Part shown: piece by piece, positions 18,743 through 27,961 of the stretch
Layout of the letters: each line of letters starts with the position of its first letter
Numbering within the stretch: the stretch's first letter is position 1
Source: an uncultured Gammaproteobacteria bacterium
GTDB taxonomy: Bacteria; Patescibacteriota; Microgenomatia; UBA12405
Length of the DNA: 64,000 nt
NCBI GenBank assembly: GCA_964544275.1
Contig: CAZIZX010000005.1
Span: 4,720 to 68,719, forward strand
Reading direction: 5' to 3'
Notes under the pieces: generated by a model
Told to the model about the DNA's origin: nothing
What the model saw: only the letters and a program-made list of their open reading frames with translations
Database searches by the model: none
Program-made: the position numbers and the translations under genes

Positions 18743-20509
18743 ATGAAAAATAAATGGAACTTGGATGATATTGTAAGTCTGGAGGCTTACGATGAGCTTT
18801 ATAAAGCAGTCGAAAGAGAGATAGATGAAATTGACAAATGGGTAGAACAACTGGACCCTAGGATGAAGAAGGATGACTTTAAAAATATTATGGAAAAGCG
18901 GGAAAAACTGGAGGCAAAACTGGCCAGATTAGCCTATAGACCCCATTTGATGGAAGCGGTTGATCAGAAAAATCAAAGGGCGAAACAATTAAAAAGCAGG
19001 AGTGATGATTTGAGGATGAAGTGTGCACAAAAAGTGAGACGGATTGACCATTGGATAAAAGGTAAAGAGGTGGAAGGCAAAAGACAACTAGATGAAAAGA
19101 ATGCTAAAAGATTGTTTTCGGCAATAGCTGATTTGAAGTATGAATTGACTTATTCCCGAGGAGCAGCTAAGTATACACTGGAGGAGCGGGAAGAAGATAT
19201 TATCAGTAATAAGGACATTAATGGAGTGAGGGTGTTGACGGATTTGAGAACGATGATCGAGACTGAGTTTGAATATGAAATGAAAGAGGGTGAGGAAAAG
19301 AAAATAATTAAAACTCAGGCTGAGTTGATGGCATATGTTTACTCCCCTATTGCTGATAAACGGGAGGCGGCTTATAGGGCATTACTGGAAAAACACAAAG
19401 AAAACCTGGACAAGTTTTTTATGATTTATCAGGCAGTGGTAAAAAATTGGAGGTATGAGACAAAAATGAGAGGGTTTGAGGAAGCAATTTCGGCCAGAAA
19501 TTTCAACAATAGGGTTCCGGACAGGGCGGTTGAGGTTTTATTGGAAATATGTCGTCAGAATCGCCATATTTTTCAGGAGTTTTTTAAAATGAAGGCAAAG
19601 GATATGGGACTAAAAAAAATGCGAAGATTTGATATATACGCTCCAAGTGAATCAGTAACAAAAAAAATCGACTACAAAGAAGCTGAGAATGTCGTACTAG
19701 AATCATTTGGAAAATTTGGTGAAAGGTTTAGGAATTATGCTTGGCAAATTGTCGAGGAAAAGCATCTGGATTCGCACCCTGGGGCAACAAAAAGGAGTGG
19801 GGCTTTTTGTGCAACAGTGGAACCGTCAATAACGCCGTATGTGTTGATGAACTTTACTGGAAATATAAGGGATATGTCAGTTTTGGCCCACGAATTGGGA
19901 CATGGAGTTCATAGCTTGTATGCCAACAAACATTTTTACAGCACACAGCATGCCAACCTGCCTTTGGCAGAAACAGCTTCAACGCTGGGAGAAATGATCT
20001 TGTTTGAAACATTGTATGAACAAGAAAGAGACAAGGGAATAAAAAAGGCGATGCTGTCGGAAAAAATTGCTGATACTTATGCTTCGATACTAAGGCAAAA
20101 TTACTTCGTAGTTTTTGAAAAAAGGGTTCATGAACAAATAAGTAAAGGGCTGACGGCGGAGGAGGTGAGCGAAATGTGGATGAAAACACTTAGAGAGCAG
20201 TTTGGAGAGAGCGTGGAATTAGATCCGATTTTCAGGTACGAGTGGGCTTATATTCCCCATATAGTGGAAACACCATTTTACTGTTATGCTTATAATTTTG
20301 GCGAACTTTTGAGTTATTCTTTGTATTCGAGATACAAGGAGGAAGGTAAAAGTTTTATACCTAAAATAGAAAAGATTCTGGAAGCAGGCGGAGGGGAAGA
20401 CCCGATTTTAATTTTGGAGGATATTGGGGTAGATGTTAACAAGGCTGAGTTCTGGCAGAAAAGTTTTTCTATTATTAAAGACTGGGTGGAAAAACTAAAA
20501 GTGTTATAA
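18743..20509 (+). CDS. pepF: Oligoendopeptidase F family (M3B) metallopeptidase
   Basis: HELGHGVHSLY zinc motif, 588 aa. Confidence 0.85.
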   Translation: MKNKWNLDDIVSLEAYDELYKAVEREIDEIDKWVEQLDPRMKKDDFKNIMEKREKLEAKLARLAYRPHLMEAVDQKNQRAKQLKSRSDDLRMKCAQKVRRIDHWIKGKEVEGKRQLDEKNAKRLFSAIADLKYELTYSRGAAKYTLEEREEDIISNKDINGVRVLTDLRTMIETEFEYEMKEGEEKKIIKTQAELMAYVYSPIADKREAAYRALLEKHKENLDKFFMIYQAVVKNWRYETKMRGFEEAISARNFNNRVPDRAVEVLLEICRQNRHIFQEFFKMKAKDMGLKKMRRFDIYAPSESVTKKIDYKEAENVVLESFGKFGERFRNYAWQIVEEKHLDSHPGATKRSGAFCATVEPSITPYVLMNFTGNIRDMSVLAHELGHGVHSLYANKHFYSTQHANLPLAETASTLGEMILFETLYEQERDKGIKKAMLSEKIADTYASILRQNYFVVFEKRVHEQISKGLTAEEVSEMWMKTLREQFGESVELDPIFRYEWAYIPHIVETPFYCYAYNFGELLSYSLYSRYKEEGKSFIPKIEKILEAGGGEDPILILEDIGVDVNKAEFWQKSFSIIKDWVEKLKVL

Positions 20510-20535
20510 ACTTTACCACATTCTTACATTAATCT

Positions 20536-20567
20536 AATAATAATTGTGTTCTTTTTGAATTATTATT
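20536..20567. promoter_or_regulatory. Perfect 10-bp A/T inverted repeat AATAATAATT-N12-AATTATTATT between pepF and the Crp/Fnr regulator gene
   Basis: Read directly from the sequence. Candidate operator or weak terminator. Confidence 0.3.
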
Positions 20568-20618
20568 GTGAGGAAATCGTATTTTAGGTCTTTATAAAAG
20601 GAAATAGACGGGGAGATT

Positions 20619-21266
20619 ATGAATGAAGAAAATAAAAATAAGCTGACGGACTTTTTTGGTAAATATCAACTTATCAAATACCGCAAAGGAGAGATAATTT
20701 TGCGGCCTGAAGAAAATTTTCCGGGAATAATTTTTGTTAAAAGCGGATATATAAAAGCCTTTAGAATATCAAAAGATGACCGGGAAATTACGCTGCAATT
20801 GTTTAAACCTATTTTTTATTTTTCACTAATAAATGCAATTACGAATTGTGGCAACAGGCATTATTTTGAAGCTGTGTCACCAGTAGAATTGTGGATTGCC
20901 CCAGTGAAAGAAACTATGGAGTTTATTAAAAACGATGAGGAATTGAGTCGGTCCTTGTTGCAAACGATATTGTGCGAGTTTGTTGACTTAACTAAAAATA
21001 TTGAACTACTAATTTCTGGAGATGCCTACAATAAAGTGGCAGGGTCGATTTATTATCTGGCTAAAAGGTTTGGAGAAGAAAGTGATGATACAACCCAGAT
21101 TAAATTCCGAATAACCCATAGGTTAATTGCCAGTTTGACCGGACTGACTAGAGAAACAGTGACACTACAGATAATTAAACTGGAAAGAGAAGGGTATCTT
21201 CTAAACAAAAATAGGCAAGTATTCATTGAAGATATGGACAAATTGAGAGAAATAGCTGAGATATAG
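20619..21266 (+). CDS. Crp/Fnr-family transcriptional regulator
   Basis: cNMP-binding-like beta-roll followed by HTH IASLTGLTRETVTLQIIKLEREGYL. Confidence 0.8.
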   Translation: MNEENKNKLTDFFGKYQLIKYRKGEIILRPEENFPGIIFVKSGYIKAFRISKDDREITLQLFKPIFYFSLINAITNCGNRHYFEAVSPVELWIAPVKETMEFIKNDEELSRSLLQTILCEFVDLTKNIELLISGDAYNKVAGSIYYLAKRFGEESDDTTQIKFRITHRLIASLTGLTRETVTLQIIKLEREGYLLNKNRQVFIEDMDKLREIAEI

Positions 21267-21282
21267 TGTAAAATAAATTTAT

Positions 21283-21687
21283 ATGGAAAAAAAATTATAT
21301 CGATCTTCAAGTAACAAAATAATATCTGGAGTGGCGGGGGGCTTGGGAGAATATTTTCAAGTTGATCCTTCAGTTGTCAGGTTAATTTTGGTAGTTTTGG
21401 CCTTGACGGGAGGTTTGGGTTTGTGGGTATATTTGATACTGGCTTTATTGCTACCAGTTGACGGAGGAGAAGAAGAAAAATCAGAGGACAAAGTTGAAAA
21501 CAAATTGAGAGTAAAATCAGATACAGATAAACACGAATCGGTGGGTAGAAGAAATATGCTGGGATGGGGAATAGTTTTTTTGGGGGTGGTTGCTTTGTTT
21601 AATCAGATAGTGCCAGGATTTTGGCGATGGGACATTTTCTGGCCGATGATTTTGATAATTGCGGGCGTTTACTTGATCCTGAAATAA
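21283..21687 (+). CDS. PspC-domain membrane protein
   Basis: KIISGVAGGLGEYFQVDPSVVRLILVVLAL matches the PspC domain. Confidence 0.8.
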   Translation: MEKKLYRSSSNKIISGVAGGLGEYFQVDPSVVRLILVVLALTGGLGLWVYLILALLLPVDGGEEEKSEDKVENKLRVKSDTDKHESVGRRNMLGWGIVFLGVVALFNQIVPGFWRWDIFWPMILIIAGVYLILK

Positions 21688-21689
21688 AA

Positions 21690-22622
21690 ATGAAGAACAA
21701 AAGTATCTGGCAAGTGGTAGCCGGAGGGGTGTTGTTGCTGGCTGGTGCGGTGATGGTGATGGGAAGATTGGGGGTAATTAATTTTAAGCTAAACCAATGG
21801 TGGCCAATAATTTGGCCGGTTTTGTTGGTGGTTGCCGGATTTTTAATTTTATTTAGGAGACAAGGAATTGGATGGATATTAGTGGCTTTGGCTTTATTTG
21901 TAGTCGTCAGCGGGTCGACGATTGACGACCAGAGGGGTAGAGAGAGCAGGGGCGTAATTAGACAAATGGAGGATCTAGCGGAAGAAAGAAGAGTAGTGGA
22001 AAACTTTAAAAAAATTAATTTTTTGGGTGGTGGAAGACTGATTATCATTGAAGGTGACGAAGAGTATTTACTGATTGAAGCAAGCAGGAAAGATTTAGAA
22101 AACATAAGAACCGAAGTTGTGGATAATACCTTGGAAATAAGGCAGACCGAATGGTGGTGGGGAAGCGGATGGAATAATCCGAATTATACTCTGGCGGTGA
22201 AAGATATTGATGAAATTAATATTAACGGAGCGGCTGAAGTTAAAAGTGAGGCTTTGCTAGTGGAAAATTTAAGAATCGTTAATAACGGTGCGGCTAAGTT
22301 GGAGGCAAATATTTTAGCAAACGAAGTGGAGGTGATTCTGAATGGGGCCGGACAGATTGTTTTGTCAGGGAAAACGGATAATTTGACTGTTAGAATTGCG
22401 GGTCTGGGGGAATATCAAGGAAGAGATTTGCTGACTAATGAGGCAAGAATAAGTGTTAGTGGGGCTGGAAAAGCAGAAGTGTCGACAAGGGAGGGGTTGG
22501 ATATCAATATCAGTGGAGCCGGAAGTATAGATTATTGGGGTGATCCAAGAATAAGCCAAAATATATCAGGATTGGGAAACGTAAGTAGGAAAGGAGACTT
22601 ATTTGAAGCTGATGAATTATAA
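21690..22622 (+). CDS. DUF2807/DUF4097-type (GIN-domain, putative adhesin head) protein with N-terminal membrane anchor
   Basis: Two N-terminal TM helices, then repeated NGAAEV/NGAGQI/SGAGKA/SGAGSI beta-helix-like repeats. Sits immediately after PspC, a known pairing. Confidence 0.65.
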   Translation: MKNKSIWQVVAGGVLLLAGAVMVMGRLGVINFKLNQWWPIIWPVLLVVAGFLILFRRQGIGWILVALALFVVVSGSTIDDQRGRESRGVIRQMEDLAEERRVVENFKKINFLGGGRLIIIEGDEEYLLIEASRKDLENIRTEVVDNTLEIRQTEWWWGSGWNNPNYTLAVKDIDEININGAAEVKSEALLVENLRIVNNGAAKLEANILANEVEVILNGAGQIVLSGKTDNLTVRIAGLGEYQGRDLLTNEARISVSGAGKAEVSTREGLDINISGAGSIDYWGDPRISQNISGLGNVSRKGDLFEADEL

Positions 22623-22625
22623 AAA

Positions 22626-22982
22626 TTACAGAGTGAGTTTTGATTTTTTGGCAGCAGCCTGGAAGCAGGAAACCGCCAACTGACCGTAGGAGCGAAAAAG
22701 GCGCTGGTATAAATCATTTAAGCAAGCGGTGGCAAAGGTGTTTTTGTCAATCAGGGGTGAATAATAAAAAACACGACCTTTAACTTGGCGTTTGAGTATC
22801 TTTTTGTCTGTCATTCTTTTGAGGACAGTCATAACAGTAGTGTAGGCGTATTTTTGGTTGAGCCTGGAGAGAACCTCTGAGGGCTTGAGGGAATTGGGTG
22901 AGTTCCAGATGACATCCATAATTTTTTGTTCGAGACCACCCAGAAGTTTACATTTGGCAGTGCAATGGCAATCACATTTCAT
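22626..22982 (-). CDS. BlaI/MecI/CopY-family transcriptional repressor
   Basis: LEQKIMDVIWNSPNSLKPSEVLSRL...YTTVMTVLKRMTDKKIL winged-helix pattern; unusual Cys-rich N-terminal 12 residues. Confidence 0.65.
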   Translation of the reverse strand: MKCDCHCTAKCKLLGGLEQKIMDVIWNSPNSLKPSEVLSRLNQKYAYTTVMTVLKRMTDKKILKRQVKGRVFYYSPLIDKNTFATACLNDLYQRLFRSYGQLAVSCFQAAAKKSKLTL

Positions 22983-23043
22983 AAGCAGATATTACTACAA
23001 ATGTAACAGTTTGGATAGAGATGGCAGGGTGTTTTGCTTAAAT

Positions 23044-23901
23044 TTAAATTAATCTTTGGCACGAAGGACAAAAGAACGAAGATCGTCCACCTATTTTTAT
23101 TCTTTCTATGCAGGTAGAACATTGAAGGCAGGGCTCCCCTTCTTTCTGATAAACGCGAAAATGATATTGATGAGAACCAAAAGAGCCGTCGGGATGGATA
23201 TATTTATTATCCTTGGCAGTTGAACCGCCATGACTGATCGATTCACGGGTGATATCGAGTAGGTGGCGGTAAAGCTTGGTGGCTACTTTGGAGGTTAAGG
23301 AATTGGCCGAGGTTTGTGGATGGATACCGGAGAGGAAGAGGGCATCATTGGCATAAATGTTACCAATGCCGGCAAATTTAGTTTGATCAAGTAAGACTAG
23401 CTTGATAGAACGAGAAGATTTCTGAAGTTGTTTTTTGAAGTAATTAGGAGTAAAAGAGGGGTCCAAAAGATCTTTACCTAAAGTTTTTTGATATTCAAGC
23501 AAATCAGCTGGAGTAAGAGCTTTGACCCAGCCAAATTTACGCTGATCATTAAAATAAAGAGTTGACCCATCAGAAAACTTGAAGTTGATTCTGGTGGATT
23601 TATTGGGTAAAGGTTGATTATTTAGAGTGGGAGTAGGGTGGCCTAAAATAGTTTTTTTTCGATGAACACAAACTAATTGGCCGGTCATTTTGAAATGAAA
23701 AAGGAGAGTAATATTGTTCGAAAGATGAAGGGAAAGTTGTTTGCCGTGTCGGGAAAAAGATTCTACTTTTTGATGCTTGATTAGGCTAGGGTCTCCCTGA
23801 AAAGATTTGGGGTTGTGAACAATAACATCAATAATGGTCTTGTGAAGAATCTGGTTGTTTAAAAATTGGCGGATGACTTCGACCTCGGGCAGTTCAGGCA
23901 T
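23044..23901 (-). CDS. mutM: Formamidopyrimidine-DNA glycosylase
   Basis: N-terminal MPELPEVE, H2TH region, C-terminal zinc finger CLQCSTC...CPSCQ. Confidence 0.85.
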   Translation of the reverse strand: MPELPEVEVIRQFLNNQILHKTIIDVIVHNPKSFQGDPSLIKHQKVESFSRHGKQLSLHLSNNITLLFHFKMTGQLVCVHRKKTILGHPTPTLNNQPLPNKSTRINFKFSDGSTLYFNDQRKFGWVKALTPADLLEYQKTLGKDLLDPSFTPNYFKKQLQKSSRSIKLVLLDQTKFAGIGNIYANDALFLSGIHPQTSANSLTSKVATKLYRHLLDITRESISHGGSTAKDNKYIHPDGSFGSHQYHFRVYQKEGEPCLQCSTCIERIKIGGRSSFFCPSCQRLI

Positions 23902-23907
23902 GATTTA

Positions 23908-24870
23908 TTATCTCATGAAGTCATTGAGGCCGACGACCAGAACATATTTGCTTTTGGCCAACCGGGATAGAGCAACCTTGGTGTCGGCCAGGCGATCTTT
24001 GATATTACTGAAATTATTGAGAAAGACTTGGGTAGAGGCGATATAACCCATGATCAAGACCAGATCGGAAATAACTTTTTCTCCTAATTGAACTTGGCGA
24101 ATTAAGTAAAAGAGGATGAGGGTATAAAAAATAACGGCGATATTTTGGAGAGAAAACCATTCAATAAAGCCCCAGCGACAGAGTTTTTTGAAGTGGTCGG
24201 TAAACTGGGCTGATTCTTTTTGGATTTTATTGGAGTCCTGGAATTTGGCATAATAGACTTCGGTGTGTTGATTTTGGATGTCTTTAAGTTTGGAATATTT
24301 ATCGGTGGTATAAACGTCAACAAAGTAATAAGTAATCATATAGGCCAGGTGGAGGATAAAAATTTTGATATCAAGAAAAAAAAGGATGCCGGGAATGGTT
24401 ATCAGGGCAACGATGGCGTCGATACCGGGCTGGCGGATAAGTTCAAGTGAAGTTCTGACAGCTTCGCCAAAATTTCTTATGGCCTGAATAACTTCGTGAC
24501 GAATTTTTTTGTCATAGGTCTTGAGGCCGATTAACATGAACTGATGAATGCCAAACTCGGTTTGGATAATAATACTGTTGAGATTGTGAATAGAAAGAAG
24601 TCGGGTCAGATTGTCCGCAATAAAGACTGAAAGAATCAGTCCAACTAAAAGTAACACTTGATCAAAACTGGCCCCAACTTCGAGAAATTTGATAACACGC
24701 GAGTAAAGATAAATCGAGACCATGGGAAATGCGGCTGAAAGAAAGCGGACAAATACCCAGAAGAAAAAGATATTTTTGTGACAAACTAATTTCAGGATAA
24801 ACTTAAGAATTTCTCTGGTTTCACGAGTCATGTATAGATAAATTGTGTGGAAAGAGATAAATAAAATCAA
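23908..24870 (-). CDS. Membrane protein resembling an ABC-exporter transmembrane domain without an ATPase domain
   Basis: About 6 TM helices with spacing like type-I exporter TMDs; no Walker motifs. Confidence 0.35.
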   Translation of the reverse strand: MILFISFHTIYLYMTRETREILKFILKLVCHKNIFFFWVFVRFLSAAFPMVSIYLYSRVIKFLEVGASFDQVLLLVGLILSVFIADNLTRLLSIHNLNSIIIQTEFGIHQFMLIGLKTYDKKIRHEVIQAIRNFGEAVRTSLELIRQPGIDAIVALITIPGILFFLDIKIFILHLAYMITYYFVDVYTTDKYSKLKDIQNQHTEVYYAKFQDSNKIQKESAQFTDHFKKLCRWGFIEWFSLQNIAVIFYTLILFYLIRQVQLGEKVISDLVLIMGYIASTQVFLNNFSNIKDRLADTKVALSRLAKSKYVLVVGLNDFMR

Positions 24871-24888
24871 GTACGATAAAATAGGTTT

Positions 24889-25842
24889 ATGAAAAATGAA
24901 AGCTTTGACACAATAATCATTGGATCAGGTCCGGCTGGATTAACGGCAGCAATATATAACGCCAGAGCGGCAATAAAAACGATAATAGTGGCCGGAGGTC
25001 AACCGGGGGGTCAATTGACAATTACCACGGTGGTGGAAAATTTTCCTGGCTTTGTTCACGGCATTGGAGGAGTGAAATTAATGATGGACATGCAGGCTCA
25101 AGTAAAAAATTTGGGAGTAGAAATTAGATATGGGCTAGTGGAAAAAATTGAGAAGAAAAAAGAAGGAGGTTTTCGAGTGGTATTACAGGACAAAAATGAT
25201 TTAATAGCCAAAGCAGTAATCGTGGCTACCGGGGCCAGAACCAGGTGGTTGGGATTGGAAAATGAAAAAGAACTGATTGGCAAAGGAGTGAGCGGTTGTG
25301 CCACCTGTGACGGCATGTTTTTTAGAGATAAACGAGTGGTGGTGGTGGGCGGAGGGGATGCGGCGTGTGAAGAAGCTGATTTTTTGAGCCGATTTGCCAG
25401 CAAGGTGTACTTAATTCATCGGAGAGATAGTTTTAGGGCAACAGCAATACAGCAAAAAAAGGTGTTTAGCAATCCAAAAATTGAAATTTGGTGGAATGGT
25501 GAGGTTAAGGAAATTATTGGAGAAGAAAAATTGGAGAAAATAAAGGTTTTTAATAATGTTACTCGGGAAGAGAAAGTGGTGGATATGGACGGGTTGTTTG
25601 TGGCTATAGGACATGATCCAGCAACTGGATTTGTGGCCGATTTGGTCGAACTAAACGAAACCGGCCACATAGTAATTGGTAAAAATAAACACTTTGCAAC
25701 AATGACCAGTCAGGAAGGCATATTTGCTGCCGGAGATTGTTCGGATAGTGTTTACCGCCAAGCAATTGTGGCGGCTGGAGACGGGGCAAGGGCAGCTATT
25801 GATGCAGAAAGGTGGATTGGCGAGCAGTTAATGAAAGACTAG
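24889..25842 (+). CDS. trxB: Thioredoxin-disulfide reductase
   Basis: IIGSGPAGLTAAIY FAD motif, redox-active CATCDG, NADPH motif VVVGGGDAACEEA. Confidence 0.9.
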   Translation: MKNESFDTIIIGSGPAGLTAAIYNARAAIKTIIVAGGQPGGQLTITTVVENFPGFVHGIGGVKLMMDMQAQVKNLGVEIRYGLVEKIEKKKEGGFRVVLQDKNDLIAKAVIVATGARTRWLGLENEKELIGKGVSGCATCDGMFFRDKRVVVVGGGDAACEEADFLSRFASKVYLIHRRDSFRATAIQQKKVFSNPKIEIWWNGEVKEIIGEEKLEKIKVFNNVTREEKVVDMDGLFVAIGHDPATGFVADLVELNETGHIVIGKNKHFATMTSQEGIFAAGDCSDSVYRQAIVAAGDGARAAIDAERWIGEQLMKD

Positions 25843-26448
25843 TTATCTGAAAAGAATCAGAGTAAAGTCAAGTGGGTCGTAGTGTTGCTTAAAAATAATT
25901 TTTGGAGTTAGATTTTGACAAAAGGTTAAGATGTTGAGGGAGTCCACATAATAAATGTTGTGCCTGGGGTGATTAGAAGGTTGAGGGTGATAACCGGCCA
26001 TGTTGAAAGCAAGAGCATAAGAACAGTGGTTAAACAGGATCTGGATGTAGTGTTGGCGATATGAAAGGGTGTTGAGACCCTGATTGAAATTGAGACAACC
26101 TGAAGCGATAACAATATCAAAAATATTTTCCAACGGATAGTCAAGGTAATTGCGCTCAACGAAGCGGTAGCCGGGATGATTTTTCTGAGCTTGGGTAATA
26201 AATTCGGGAACAATATCAACTCCAAGGTAAGAAAAATCCTGAGCTTGACGGCTGATGGAATCGATTAAGTCACCAAAACCAGAGCCGACATCAAGAACGG
26301 ATTTGTGGTTAAAATCGAGCTCTTTCAGGAATTGCTCAAAGCGAATATCAACAGAATGCTGACTAACCCACTGAAGAGAGCGGGGATCATGGCCAAATCG
26401 GCGGAAAGCCCGTTGATAATCTTTTTTTTGGTCATCGAAGGTGGACAT
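25843..26448 (-). CDS. Class I SAM-dependent methyltransferase
   Basis: VLDVGSGFGDLI motif I. Confidence 0.65.
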   Translation of the reverse strand: MSTFDDQKKDYQRAFRRFGHDPRSLQWVSQHSVDIRFEQFLKELDFNHKSVLDVGSGFGDLIDSISRQAQDFSYLGVDIVPEFITQAQKNHPGYRFVERNYLDYPLENIFDIVIASGCLNFNQGLNTLSYRQHYIQILFNHCSYALAFNMAGYHPQPSNHPRHNIYYVDSLNILTFCQNLTPKIIFKQHYDPLDFTLILFR

Positions 26449-26822
26449 AGTTAATTATAATGCTAGAATGGGTAATTTGTCATTTTCGCCTGTGATATGA
26501 TGTTATTATGAGAATGAGGTGTGAGTGGGCAAGCAGAGATGTTTGTGAACTTGACAAGACGAGTATCCGGATTCAAATCCTCGAGAGGAAACCGGCAAGC
26601 GGATTGATTGAAGCTAAGAAATTTGAGGGTGGATGTATTATTGGCAATATTGCGGAAGAAGTCTTGAGAAGATCATGTTCTTCGTTGTACCTTTCCGGCT
26701 ATTGTCCTAAGTGCAATGAGTATGTAAGCTGTTTATTTTCTACCGAGCCCGTTTCGACTAAAGAATGAGGTTTTTTGAGCAAAAGCTGGCAGGGACTAGA
26801 GTATGGGCCGTGAAAAGATTGG

Positions 26823-27959
26823 TTATGGATACACAGAATTAATTAAACTATTTATTTTTTCGATGAATTTGGCTTGATTAAATTCAGAGGCGCGGGTAAG
26901 ACAATCTTTGGGGAATATTTTTGTATCTTCCAGTTTTTTAATGGCCTGGACACAGGAATCGGCGTTTAACTGGTCAAAAAAGACACCCGTTTTGCCATTG
27001 ACAACTGTTTCGGTAACTCCCCCACTGTGGTAGGCAATAACTGGACAACCATAAGCCATGGACTCGACAGGGACAATGCCGAAGTCTTCATTGTCGGAAC
27101 AAAAGATGAAGGCTTTGGCGTTTTGATAAAGTCTGGCTTTGTCAGATTGGCTGACTTCGCCCAGAAACTCAATGGTGGGCCCAGATATCGACTCGAGTTC
27201 GGACTGAAAGTTGGCAAAGTCGCGACCAAATATTTTCAGAGGAACTTTTAGCTGGTTGCAGGCTTGAATAGCAATATCATAACGCTTGGCCCGTGCGAGT
27301 CGACCACCGGTAAGGTAAAAATGCTTGTCTTTTGGCGGGTGGGTTGATTTCTGACTGGTTGCGGGAAGGTCGACGGGAGGGTTGATAATAATTGATGATT
27401 TTCGGTAATATTTCTCGATCCTGGCGGCGGTGGTAACTGAATTGGCGATAAACTGATCAACATTTTGAGAATATTTGAAATCAAAAAGACGGAGAAAGTG
27501 GTTGACCAGGTTCATCAGAAGGGAAATTAATCTATTTTTGGTTAAATTACGAGCGGTGGGTAGGCCATAAAGATAACGAGGAGGGGTGTGGCAATAGCAG
27601 ATTAATTTGGCTTGTTTTTTCCTAAGGGAGTTGGGAAAGTAAGCACCGGTAGCTGAGGTAATAATCAGGTCAAAGTCGGAAAAATCAAAGGATTTGAAAG
27701 CTAAGGGCGAGAGAAGACGGAGAGGGCTGATTAACCGGTGAGAAAAGGGAATGAAGTTAAAAAAACTCTGATGAACGCGGTCGGTCCACTTTTTCTCCAG
27801 GCGAGAGCGGTGGGGGCCAAAAAATTGAGGTGAGTAAAGAGTGGTAAAAATTGGGGCTTGAGGGAAAATATCGGAAAGAGTCTCCAGAACAGACTCAGCT
27901 CCGCCGTATTCTTTGAGATAATCATGAACGAGAGCGATTTTGGGCTGTTTGATTGACAT
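26823..27959 (-). CDS. GT4-family glycosyltransferase (group 1)
   Basis: C-terminal EDFGIVPVESMAYGCPVIAYHSGGVTETV (EX7E region). Confidence 0.8.
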   Translation of the reverse strand: MSIKQPKIALVHDYLKEYGGAESVLETLSDIFPQAPIFTTLYSPQFFGPHRSRLEKKWTDRVHQSFFNFIPFSHRLISPLRLLSPLAFKSFDFSDFDLIITSATGAYFPNSLRKKQAKLICYCHTPPRYLYGLPTARNLTKNRLISLLMNLVNHFLRLFDFKYSQNVDQFIANSVTTAARIEKYYRKSSIIINPPVDLPATSQKSTHPPKDKHFYLTGGRLARAKRYDIAIQACNQLKVPLKIFGRDFANFQSELESISGPTIEFLGEVSQSDKARLYQNAKAFIFCSDNEDFGIVPVESMAYGCPVIAYHSGGVTETVVNGKTGVFFDQLNADSCVQAIKKLEDTKIFPKDCLTRASEFNQAKFIEKINSLINSVYP

Positions 27960-27961
27960 GT

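Noticed and set aside
26540-26620. tRNA-like GGATTCAAATCC segment suggesting a hidden tRNA or T-arm in the 370-nt spacer
   Set aside because: The flanking bases do not form a 5-bp T-stem, acceptor stem or anticodon arm on either strand, so no cloverleaf could be built.
26508-26768. 86-aa plus-strand ORF in the 26.4-26.8 kb spacer as a real gene
   Set aside because: No start context, odd composition and no recognisable motif. Kept only as an unexplained region.
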